From: a virus
Virus record (IMG/VR): IMGVR_UViG_3300001473_000094
Coordinates: 4,310-68,309 of that record
DNA: 64,000 bases
Direction: 5' to 3' (one strand)
The notes beneath the pieces are model-generated. The model saw nothing but the letters and a program-made list of their open reading frames with translations. It was not told the origin of the DNA and did not search any database. The translations under genes were made by a program, and so were the position numbers. Positions 45,991 through 54,213 of the stretch are shown here, piece by piece (the first letter of the stretch is position 1; every line of letters starts with the position of its first letter).

Positions 45991-47111
45991 TTTGGGGCGT
46001 CCTCGCGCTTGTTGCGGTTTTTGATGGCCTTGGCCGTGTTGATGATCTCCTCTTGGGTCATCTCGTCCGGATCGCGATCTGAGGGACTGACAGAGCGCGT
46101 GATGTTCACCGACGCCGACAGTGTCGGCACGGTGTGGCGGAGAAGGGCGAGGAAGAGTGAGGTCTGGTCTTTGGACCAGACGGCCTCGCGCACCGCGCCG
46201 GCGCGCGTCGGTTTCAAGACATCATTGGCTGTGTCGAGGTGAGCCAGAACGACTTGCGCAGCCTTCTGGGTGATCGGATTGTCGAGAGCGCCAATGGTCA
46301 TGTGAGGCGCGGGAAGCGCGCCGTGGTGCTTGGCCTCCTCTTCTTTGAGGGGCGCGGGTGGTCCGCCAACGTCAGCTTTGGAATCGTGGGTCAAGACAAG
46401 CCTCCGGACGTGTTCGACGAGGTGGCGCGGGTGGGGGACCGCAAAGCCGCAGACGTTGAGTGCGAACCGGCGAGAGACATCGCCGGCGAGGACGAATGGG
46501 GAGAAAGAGGTCGAGCGAGATTCGACGATGCGAAAGGTCTTGTCGTTCCCTCTCGGGTACATGTGGTGGTGAGGAACGAGGTATCGGAAGACCTTCGCCG
46601 ACGGGGGGAGCACGACGTAGGGCGAGCGGTAGAGAGTGGCCATGTCTTGGACGAAGAGGATGAGGGCCAGCCCACAGCTACGGGAGCAATAGGCGTGCCG
46701 GGAGACGACGGAGCGAAGAGGGGCAAAGCCAGTCGAGCCGCAGCCAAGGCAGCGAACAGGTTTGACTGCGTGGGTGCCAGGAACGAGGTGGGGAGAGGCG
46801 TAGTTGAAATGGACCGGGACGCGCTTGCCACGCTTACCCTTGGCCCCCGGCTCGGATGAGCTGAGATAGACGGTGTGGGGCCTTCTTGTCGGCAGATCGG
46901 CGTCAGTAAACGGCCTTCGGTCGTTATGCGCCACCGGGCCGAGAAGGATGTCGCGATAGCTGTTGGGGTGCAGGATCGGGATGTCTTGGTGAGACCAAAG
47001 GATTGCACGCGCCATCTTGGCGTAGATGGGCGGGAGGATTCGGCCAACGGGAATGGCGATGTTTGCAAGTTGGTCATACCCGGCCGTTCGAAATGAGGGG
47101 GAAACCGGCAT
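45987..47111 (-). CDS. Hypothetical protein, possibly containing the terminase small subunit
   Basis: First gene of the late operon, with CLGC...CSRSC and a helical C-terminus ending DPDEMTQEEI. Function inferred from position only. Confidence 0.5.
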   Translation of the reverse strand: MPVSPSFRTAGYDQLANIAIPVGRILPPIYAKMARAILWSHQDIPILHPNSYRDILLGPVAHNDRRPFTDADLPTRRPHTVYLSSSEPGAKGKRGKRVPVHFNYASPHLVPGTHAVKPVRCLGCGSTGFAPLRSVVSRHAYCSRSCGLALILFVQDMATLYRSPYVVLPPSAKVFRYLVPHHHMYPRGNDKTFRIVESRSTSFSPFVLAGDVSRRFALNVCGFAVPHPRHLVEHVRRLVLTHDSKADVGGPPAPLKEEEAKHHGALPAPHMTIGALDNPITQKAAQVVLAHLDTANDVLKPTRAGAVREAVWSKDQTSLFLALLRHTVPTLSASVNITRSVSPSDRDPDEMTQEEIINTAKAIKNRNKREDAPK

Positions 47112-47155
47112 GGCCAAATTTTAGATGGGCGAGGGGTAGGGTGTCGTCCGGTCAA

Positions 47156-47195
47156 GAAAAGACCGCCCGCTGCGGTAGGAACACAGCGGGCGGTC
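47156..47195 (-). terminator. Intrinsic terminator insulating the late operon
   Basis: 12-bp stem GACCGCCCGCTG / CAGCGGGCGGTC followed by TTTTC on the minus strand. Confidence 0.7.
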
Positions 47196-47275
47196 AGGCG
47201 CACGTAGGGCGCAGGGCATCGTCTCTTCTGGGGGACTAGCCCTTAGGGTGAGGTTATATGGGCCGAGTCAGGGGA

Positions 47276-47656
47276 TCAAGTGGGATCGCCGGCGGCACGG
47301 ACATAGGTCGTGCAAAACTCGGCAACGGCCTCGGGAGACATGCGGGCGCGCAGCCGGTCGGCAAGGACGGAGGAGATATCGATAATGAGATCGGTTTCGA
47401 GATTGTAGTGCTCGGAGAGGCGACCGGCGTCTCGGAAGACCCAGTCGGAAGCCCAGTCGATGCCGCACTCGACATCCGCGACCATGGAAGCGGCGATGTG
47501 TGAAGCGTCCCAAATGAAGGGAACGTCTTCGGCCGAGCTGTTGGGGAACAGGCTGGGTCGCTCTGTGCCGTATGCTGCGGGCAGGAAAGGGAGGGAAGTG
47601 GCGGTCAGGCCGCCGGCAAGGGCGAGGCCAAGGAGAAGTTTGCTGTGCGTCTTCAT
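47276..47656 (-). CDS. Secreted/exported hypothetical protein
   Basis: Signal peptide MKTHSKLLLGLALAGGLTA; SD GGAG. Confidence 0.65.
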   Translation of the reverse strand: MKTHSKLLLGLALAGGLTATSLPFLPAAYGTERPSLFPNSSAEDVPFIWDASHIAASMVADVECGIDWASDWVFRDAGRLSEHYNLETDLIIDISSVLADRLRARMSPEAVAEFCTTYVRAAGDPT

Positions 47657-47992
47657 GGCGGGCTCCGTGGTGTAGGGGTGCGGAGATTAAGGCGGGCTTT
47701 CCGGGAAAAATCAAATCGGGTGGATTTGCCGCTGACAAAAAATGGTCGGGGCAAGAGAGAGTCCCGATCTCGCGCTGATGGGACCCACGGCGAAGCCGTG
47801 GCCCGCCCCCCCCGGCCTGCCAACGCGCGGAACGTCTGGGGAACAGGATCGCAAAAGCGATCCAAATCCGCTCCAAATTGGCGAGAGGCCCTGATTTTTC
47901 AGGGCTAATCACTCCCCTTCCAGAGGAAGGGTAGGGAAAACGGCATGGAAAAATCCTACTGAGCCGAGGGCGCGGCGCGCGCGAGCATGGGA

Positions 47993-48010
47993 CGCGCGAC
48001 TTTGTCTCAA
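47993..48010 (+). promoter_or_regulatory. Early motif copy 1 (CGCGCGACTTTGTCTCAA)
   Basis: Related copies at 48326-48349, 49991-50014 and 54154-54177. Confidence 0.65.
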
Positions 48011-48060
48011 TCGGTAGCCGTCGGGATGGTCTCGGCGGCAGGAAACCGAAGGATTTTCCC

Positions 48061-48255
48061 ATGCCCACCACCACGCAGAACATCGACGCTCGCACCGAAC
48101 TCGCCCGCGTTGAGCGCGCCATTGAGCGCGAGTGGCTGGCCCTTGGCCAAGCCTACGACAGTGCCGAACCGGCACTTCGCCCGGAAATCCGGCGTCGTGC
48201 CGACCGTCTTCTCGGCGACCTCTACGAGGTCGGCTTGAAGCTGTCGATCATCTGA
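48061..48255 (+). CDS. Hypothetical early protein
   Basis: SD AAGGA; has its own terminator. Confidence 0.65.
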   Translation: MPTTTQNIDARTELARVERAIEREWLALGQAYDSAEPALRPEIRRRADRLLGDLYEVGLKLSII

Positions 48256-48275
48256 TCCATTCGGATCATCCCCTC

Positions 48276-48302
48276 GCCCCAGCCCAAAGGCTGGGGCTTT
48301 TT
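48276..48302 (+). terminator. Intrinsic terminator
   Basis: GCCCCAGCC / GGCTGGGGC plus TTTTT. Confidence 0.8.
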
Positions 48303-48402
48303 GTCGTTTTAGAGACTGGTTTCGCGTGAATCGCGGGACTTTGTCTCAATAATTGACCGTCGAAAGGTTCGTCGGCAATCAACGTGTGAAAGGAACACAC
48401 CC

Positions 48403-48888
48403 ATGACCACCACCAGCCACTATCTCAAGACCCGCCAGATCGGCCTCGCCGGTCGTGTGATCTCGACGCGCTTTCAGCCTCTGCGCATGTCTGGAGAGCA
48501 ACCTGTCGTTTCGATGGGCAATTTCATCATTCCCATCGCAATCAACGCCGACAATGGCACGATCGATGCCGATATCTCGGCGGGCAAGTCGGCTGTTGCC
48601 GTTGCCAAGGTTCCTCGGAACGAGGAGGGCCACAAGGACTACCTGGCACTCGACGCGAAGTTCCCGCAGGTGAAGTCGCCGTGGACCTCGGCTGAACTGC
48701 AAGGCATCACGACCAAGGGTCCGAAGCCCGAGGGCCGCAAGGCCAAGTCGAAGGCCAAGTCGAAGCGCAAGGGCAGGGCTGCACCGAAGAATGACGGCCA
48801 CGCCGATCCGGTCGACGCGGCCTTTGCCAACATCGAGGCACTGACCGCCGAACAGCGCGCTGCCTTGGTCGGCCGCCTCGCCAGCTAG
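48403..48888 (+). CDS. Hypothetical early protein with a Lys-rich segment
   Basis: SD AAAGGA; KAKSKAKSKRK segment. Confidence 0.75.
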   Translation: MTTTSHYLKTRQIGLAGRVISTRFQPLRMSGEQPVVSMGNFIIPIAINADNGTIDADISAGKSAVAVAKVPRNEEGHKDYLALDAKFPQVKSPWTSAELQGITTKGPKPEGRKAKSKAKSKRKGRAAPKNDGHADPVDAAFANIEALTAEQRAALVGRLAS

Positions 48889-48912
48889 TCAGGCCAAACA
48901 CTCCCCCACTCC

Positions 48913-48938
48913 AAGCCGCCCTTCGGGGCGGCTTTTTT
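48913..48938 (+). terminator. Intrinsic terminator
   Basis: AAGCCGCCC / GGGCGGCTT stem with a TTCG loop and a T tract. Confidence 0.85.
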
Positions 48939-48964
48939 CATGTCAGCCACCACGGAGAACCATC

Positions 48965-49168
48965 ATGACCAAGTTTCCCAATGTCGTCAGCGCTCGCTGG
49001 AGTGTGAGCGTTCATCCACAGGACCAGTCCTTGTACCAAGGCACGGTCCATATCCGGGAGCGCGACAGCGACGGCCCTGTCATCATCCGCTCCAACCCCC
49101 TGCCGAAGAGGGACGCCCGAGACTGGGCGCAGCGGATGAAAACCGAACTCACCGGACGGCGCGCATGA
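48965..49168 (+). CDS. Hypothetical protein
   Basis: CCACCACGGAG leader. Confidence 0.65.
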   Translation: MTKFPNVVSARWSVSVHPQDQSLYQGTVHIRERDSDGPVIIRSNPLPKRDARDWAQRMKTELTGRRA

Positions 49169-49335
49169 CGCGCCGTCTTTTTTCGTGCGCGCTTCAGGGC
49201 GTGTCCCTTTGGCTAATCGGTGAAGTGGTCAAGGGAATGGTCCTTGTGGCGCTCATCGCCGCAGGGCTGATATTGATTGGCCCTTCGGACGGCAACGAAA
49301 CAAGAGGAGACCAGCATGGCTATGTCCAAAACTGA
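49165..49335 (+). CDS. Small membrane protein
   Basis: ATGA overlap; hydrophobic MVLVALIAAGLILIG. Confidence 0.45.
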   Translation: MTRRLFSCALQGVSLWLIGEVVKGMVLVALIAAGLILIGPSDGNETRGDQHGYVQN

Positions 49336-50035
49336 TGTGCACGATGCCATCGTTTGTGCTGTCGGCCGACTTCGCTCCCATGCTGCCGGCAGCATCGACG
49401 CAGACGGTGAGTTGACCCAAGCCATCCTCGAAATCGAGGCAATTCTACCTGTGCTTGAGGCGGAGGCGGCAGCCGAGGCCAAAGCGGCAGAGGAAGAAGG
49501 CATCGACGATGACCAGTCGGCCTATGCCCTGATCCAATTCTCCTATCACGAGGACGGGATCAAGAGGGGGCGAAAGAAGCTTAGCAGGATCATTCGGTTC
49601 GACCAAACGTACACCCACCTCGGCGGTGACGAGGGCGAGACGGCGGACGAACTCAAGGAAGCGGCTGCCCGTGTCGCGGCAAGAGAACTCCTGCAACGCC
49701 GTGATGACGAAGCCGAATTGAGGGTCGAAATCCATGATGTCGAAGTCGCAATCGACATGCGGCCAGAGGAGGATGTCGAGAAAGGTTCGCCGTCTGACGA
49801 GATGGTCGAGGAAGTCGTCAAGCAAGAGAAGGCAGTCAGACGGAAAGAGGTTCGAAGCATGAAGGAAGCCATCAAGAAAGGCGACCTTATCGCAGTCACA
49901 TTACCCGACGGTCAGATCGCCGTTATCGGCAGTGGGGTTGTCCGAAACGCCATCGACAGAGCCGAAGACTACAAAAAAGAAAGGCGTCCTGTGAATCGCG
50001 CGACTCTGTCTCAACCAGTGAGCCGGTCATCCTGA
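49316..50035 (+). CDS. Hypothetical acidic protein
   Basis: SD GAGGAG. Confidence 0.7.
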   Translation: MAMSKTDVHDAIVCAVGRLRSHAAGSIDADGELTQAILEIEAILPVLEAEAAAEAKAAEEEGIDDDQSAYALIQFSYHEDGIKRGRKKLSRIIRFDQTYTHLGGDEGETADELKEAAARVAARELLQRRDDEAELRVEIHDVEVAIDMRPEEDVEKGSPSDEMVEEVVKQEKAVRRKEVRSMKEAIKKGDLIAVTLPDGQIAVIGSGVVRNAIDRAEDYKKERRPVNRATLSQPVSRSS

Positions 50036-50134
50036 CCAGCTTGGCGGCGCGCTGCGCCGTGTAACGACTGTAGTCTTATCCCAACTTGCCCGGCGCCGCA
50101 GGGCGTCGGGTCTTTTCCACCACGGAGACCCCGC

Positions 50135-50416
50135 ATGACCGACCAACCGAACGACCAGAGGGTCAAGTTCGACGACCTGAAATTCATCATCATCAAGGAC
50201 GACCGCTTTTGGAGGTCTCTGACCACTGACGTAGTCACGTTCGGCAGCCTGATCGGCGTTGTGGGTGTTGGCATCTGGCTGGATAGCTGGCTGCTGCAAC
50301 TCATCGGCGCGATCTTCTGGATCATCGGCTTGGTCTCCCGATTCATGGACACGACCAAGTCCCGCTTCACCATCGAGGAGGCCCGCGAGGAAATCGAGCG
50401 GCTCGCCAAGAACTAA
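50135..50416 (+). CDS. Two-TM membrane protein
   Basis: CCACCACGGAG leader and two hydrophobic helices. Confidence 0.7.
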   Translation: MTDQPNDQRVKFDDLKFIIIKDDRFWRSLTTDVVTFGSLIGVVGVGIWLDSWLLQLIGAIFWIIGLVSRFMDTTKSRFTIEEAREEIERLAKN

Positions 50417-50446
50417 TCCACCACCACCACAGAAAGGAACCACCCA

Positions 50447-50704
50447 ATGACCCCCCGTATCCTGAGCGAGGAAGAACTCGCTGTCATGTCCGACAGCGCT
50501 GTCATCACCCGCCTGCAATTCCTGACCGAGGAGACAGAGCGCGCCGAAGCCTTGGTTGAGGAAGCCGCCCTGATGGGCGACCTACCCCGCTTGGAAGAGG
50601 CCAAGTGGCTGTTCGACATCTTGTCAGCAGCGCGCACGACGGTCGATGACCACGTCTCGGACGTCCGCATCCCCGACCTGCTCGGCGAGTCGGAGGCGGC
50701 GTGA
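50447..50704 (+). CDS. Hypothetical protein
   Basis: CCACCAC leader with SD AAAGGA. Confidence 0.65.
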   Translation: MTPRILSEEELAVMSDSAVITRLQFLTEETERAEALVEEAALMGDLPRLEEAKWLFDILSAARTTVDDHVSDVRIPDLLGESEAA

Positions 50705-51432
50705 TGATCATCAAGGAAAACCATTTCCATCAGGACGGTCTCTACATCGGGCCTTGTCTGGACCTCATGCAGGAAGATGTCCGGATCGTCGCCTGCCCAG
50801 CCCACTTCATCCGCATACCATACCCCTTTCGCTTGCGTGGAGACTTTGTCGTCGAGGCCAACGCCGGGCTTCGTGTGAGCGGCTACATTTACGCCGACAA
50901 CATCAAGCTCCGTTGGGGGTGCGATTCTGCCGAATGGATCAGGGCGAGGGGAAACATCAAGTCGGGCGGCTGTCTTTACGCGGCCAAATCCATCGAGGCG
51001 AGGAGGGACATCGACGCGAAATCGAACGCAATTGGTGCGGGCTTGGCAATCTCGGCTGGCGGCCTCTTGTCCGCAGGCAGGGTGACTGCCGGCCAGAGTA
51101 TTTACGCCGGCAGGATCAATACTGACTTCCTCCACGCCACTCTCTCAATCGTCGTCGATGGCCATCTGTCCGCAGCGCACATCGTGGTCGAGAGGCTGCG
51201 AGCCGGGTCGGTAGAGGCCAAGACCATCTGCACCGCCCTAACGAAGGAGCCGACGAGACCATCGATCTTCGTCAAGCACCCGATCCACAAAGGGACCAAC
51301 GTCCTTCGGGGAATCGTGGAGGTGGAGCCGTCCGACGACGAGCCCGATCCCGAGCCCGAAGCCCTCACGCCTGACGAAATCAAGCTGGTTCGCAGGCTGA
51401 TAGGCCGGCTGAAAGCGGGAGCCGAGCGATGA
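50701..51432 (+). CDS. Beta-helix hexapeptide-repeat protein (bactofilin-like)
   Basis: IRARGN IKSGGC LYAAKS IEARRD...ISAGGL LSAGRV repeats. Confidence 0.65.
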   Translation: MMIIKENHFHQDGLYIGPCLDLMQEDVRIVACPAHFIRIPYPFRLRGDFVVEANAGLRVSGYIYADNIKLRWGCDSAEWIRARGNIKSGGCLYAAKSIEARRDIDAKSNAIGAGLAISAGGLLSAGRVTAGQSIYAGRINTDFLHATLSIVVDGHLSAAHIVVERLRAGSVEAKTICTALTKEPTRPSIFVKHPIHKGTNVLRGIVEVEPSDDEPDPEPEALTPDEIKLVRRLIGRLKAGAER

Positions 51433-51620
51433 GCGCCCGCCTCCTCGTCATCCTCAACGCCTTCGCTGCCGGCATGAACTTTCAGGGCGGCATCGTCGCC
51501 GGGATCGAGGGCCGGATTGTGTCGGCCGTGTTCGCCCTCATACTGTTCCTCGCCAGCATAACCTTGGCCGGCCTCATGGCGCACTATCACACGAGGGAGC
51601 GCCGGGCCAATGAGCGATGA
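51429..51620 (+). CDS. Small membrane protein
   Basis: ATGA overlap; hydrophobic. Confidence 0.6.
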   Translation: MSARLLVILNAFAAGMNFQGGIVAGIEGRIVSAVFALILFLASITLAGLMAHYHTRERRANER

Positions 51621-51831
51621 CCGCGAGAACGACAACGGCCAATCGCTGAGCGTGTGGATGCACCTCGCTCGGCGGGAGGCGGATTACCTGTTCGGCAGCC
51701 ACGAGTTGCCGGACAAGAATAAGCGCCAAGCCGAAGAGGCGTGGCGTGAAGGCCAACAGCCCGGCCAATGGGTGTCCACCAAGGGTGCGCAGATAGGGCT
51801 GATCAAGCTGGCCGGCGTCCGCTGGCGCTGA
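51610..51831 (+). CDS. Hypothetical protein
   Basis: Coupled ORF. Confidence 0.55.
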   Translation: MSDDRENDNGQSLSVWMHLARREADYLFGSHELPDKNKRQAEEAWREGQQPGQWVSTKGAQIGLIKLAGVRWR

Positions 51832-51861
51832 CGAACGACCAACCACCACAGGAGAACCACT

Positions 51862-52197
51862 ATGTCACCACCACCCCGGCCACCCGGCCATTTCGACAGG
51901 ATAGTCCTTTTCCTGATCCCATGGGCCGGCGCACTTTTGGCCAACAGCGTGAGCCAGACCATCGGCGCTCTCGACGGCCATCCAGTGCTCTTGTTCGGAG
52001 CTATCCTGCTCGTTGCATTCGTAGCGTCCACTGCCTTCGAGGTCGTTCTTGAACGCACACTCACGCAGAATGCGGCGTGGTTGGTCGGCGTGGCACTGGC
52101 CCGGTGGAGCGACGAGCCGTGGAAGATGGAGTCGATGATCCGAAAGGCCCGTCAAGCCTACGGCAGAGAGGAAACGAACGGAGGGAAGAAGCCATGA
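51862..52197 (+). CDS. Membrane protein
   Basis: CCACCACAGGAG leader; two TM segments. Confidence 0.65.
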   Translation: MSPPPRPPGHFDRIVLFLIPWAGALLANSVSQTIGALDGHPVLLFGAILLVAFVASTAFEVVLERTLTQNAAWLVGVALARWSDEPWKMESMIRKARQAYGREETNGGKKP

Positions 52198-52742
52198 CCG
52201 AGACAGCAGAGGCCGAAGGGCACCCACCATCCATGGATGGTGAGGAATACGAACCCGTGATCGCAACCCCTCGCTGCATCGAGGATGCCACGACCATGTT
52301 GCGTGGCGGCATCAAGCAAATCCTCGATGCCGTTCAGATGGTGATCGAAGAAGGCCACGCAGCCGACCTTCCCGCACCCATGCAGAAGCTGGCACGCCGA
52401 CTGGCAGAGGCCGATGCCGAGTTCGTCGAGGACATGACCGGCAGCTACGAGACCTATGGCGACGTGATCGACGGGCTCGATGAGGACGAGGACCTTGGCG
52501 ATCTGCCCATCGACTGGGGCAAGGCCGAAGCCGACGCACAAGAGGAAGCCCGCAAGGAGGAGGAGGAGAAAGCGAAGGCCGAAGCCGCTGCTGCAATAGC
52601 GACGGCGGCTGGGGCCGCAGCGGCCGACCATGACCCCCTCGATCCCGATGAGGAGGCCGATGGTGAGTCAGCCGAGTCCGAAAAGGAGCGCGAAGAACGA
52701 GAGAAGTTTGACGCCATCTTTTCGGAGCGTGCCTTCGACTAA
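52194..52742 (+). CDS. Highly acidic hypothetical protein
   Basis: ATGA overlap; D/E-rich. Confidence 0.65.
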   Translation: MTETAEAEGHPPSMDGEEYEPVIATPRCIEDATTMLRGGIKQILDAVQMVIEEGHAADLPAPMQKLARRLAEADAEFVEDMTGSYETYGDVIDGLDEDEDLGDLPIDWGKAEADAQEEARKEEEEKAKAEAAAAIATAAGAAAADHDPLDPDEEADGESAESEKEREEREKFDAIFSERAFD

Positions 52743-52765
52743 CCCGCCCACCCAGGGCGGTCACC

Positions 52766-52794
52766 AAAGGGCGGCTTCGGCCGCCCTTTTCTTT
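52766..52794 (+). terminator. Intrinsic terminator
   Basis: AAAGGGCGGC-TTCG-GCCGCCCTTTT. Confidence 0.8.
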
Positions 52795-52882
52795 GGCCAA
52801 GGGAATGGTTTGCCTAGTCATGGGGACCATAACAAATAATCCTCTGGCCCATATGAAACGATCCACCACAGGAGAAATCACC

Positions 52883-54118
52883 ATGTTCAAGTGCTCGAAC
52901 AGCGGCTGGCTCAGCGAGATGGACGATGTGCTTTATCACGCTCCCACGCTCATCCAAGCGTTCTTGAAGGAGACCGGCAACGGCATCACCATCGGCGCCG
53001 GCCATTGCGAAAACTGCGGCATCATGGGTGTGAGCGTATCCTACACGCCACCCGATGAAGACGAGGAGAAAGAGTTCACGTTCACGGCGCCGGTCGCAAT
53101 CGAAATCGGTCGCAGGATAATGGATGTGGGCTTCGGCCAGAAGGACATGCAGTTCGTCGGCGCCATGCTTCAAGTTGTCGGCCTCGGTATCGTTACGGCC
53201 AGCGCACAGGAGGCCGAGACCAAGATCGCCGAGTTCGGTTATGGCGACATCATCGCCAATCTCTTCGACAGCTTCGAAGCCATCAAGGATCATGCGGAGG
53301 AGCGCGGCGACAAACCTGCCAGCGATGGTGGTGGGAGGCCGGCTGCCAAGGGCCGAAAAAAAGGGAGCGCGCCCTTCGGCGAGGGGACGATGAAGTCCCT
53401 CGCCCGAAAGCTATCGGGGATACAGCGTACCAGGGGGAAAGACGCGGCGAAGGCCATCTTCGAGGCCATCAAGGCGGCCGCGACGAGCAGCCCCAACGAA
53501 GAGACCCGGCGGGAGGTCGAGAGCTGGGTGGCCAACCATGGCATCATCAGCATGCGAAACCGGATGGCAGAGACGCAGCTAGATGCCATTGCCGACCGCA
53601 TGGAGCAGGAAAAGGCAGACGGCAACGGAATCGGGGAGAACGGCACATCGATTGCCCTGTCGACAGGACTCTACCCGAAGAATGCCGACGGCCTCGAAGA
53701 CCCGAAAGAAATCGATGAGTGCCTCCAATCGGCCAAGGGCATCACGCTCTTTGCCGTATCCGTTGATGTCGATGATGCCGGAGAGCCAAAGGTCAAGCAC
53801 ACGCCTCTCGGAGTGTTCGAGTTCGGTCAGGCATACAGCCAGTTCTCGGACGATCTGGAACGCTACCTGATCGAGACGATGAGAGCCTCGCCCCAAACAT
53901 CGAAGTGGCTGAACATGCTGCGCTCTGCCGGCGTCGCCTTTGCAAAGCAGCCGATGAACCAAGACGATCTGCGGCGAGTGGCCGACAAGGCCAAGCAGAT
54001 CCTCGACACGATCACGGCTGCCAACGACAAGAAGCTGGAGTTCCACGTCTCTCTGGATGGCGAGGGAATGCCGGTCGTTGTGGCGGCAGACGCGCCGGAA
54101 GACCGCACGATCAACTGA
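52883..54118 (+). CDS. Hypothetical protein (411 aa)
   Basis: CCACCACAGGAG leader; long ORF with phage-like codon use. Confidence 0.75.
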   Translation: MFKCSNSGWLSEMDDVLYHAPTLIQAFLKETGNGITIGAGHCENCGIMGVSVSYTPPDEDEEKEFTFTAPVAIEIGRRIMDVGFGQKDMQFVGAMLQVVGLGIVTASAQEAETKIAEFGYGDIIANLFDSFEAIKDHAEERGDKPASDGGGRPAAKGRKKGSAPFGEGTMKSLARKLSGIQRTRGKDAAKAIFEAIKAAATSSPNEETRREVESWVANHGIISMRNRMAETQLDAIADRMEQEKADGNGIGENGTSIALSTGLYPKNADGLEDPKEIDECLQSAKGITLFAVSVDVDDAGEPKVKHTPLGVFEFGQAYSQFSDDLERYLIETMRASPQTSKWLNMLRSAGVAFAKQPMNQDDLRRVADKAKQILDTITAANDKKLEFHVSLDGEGMPVVVAADAPEDRTIN

Positions 54119-54213
54119 CGACCCGACAGTCCCCTCAAGTCAGCGCGCATCCCGCGAATTGCGCGACTCTGTCTTGAGGGATGAGACCCCACCACCACAG
54201 AGAGGATCGAGAA

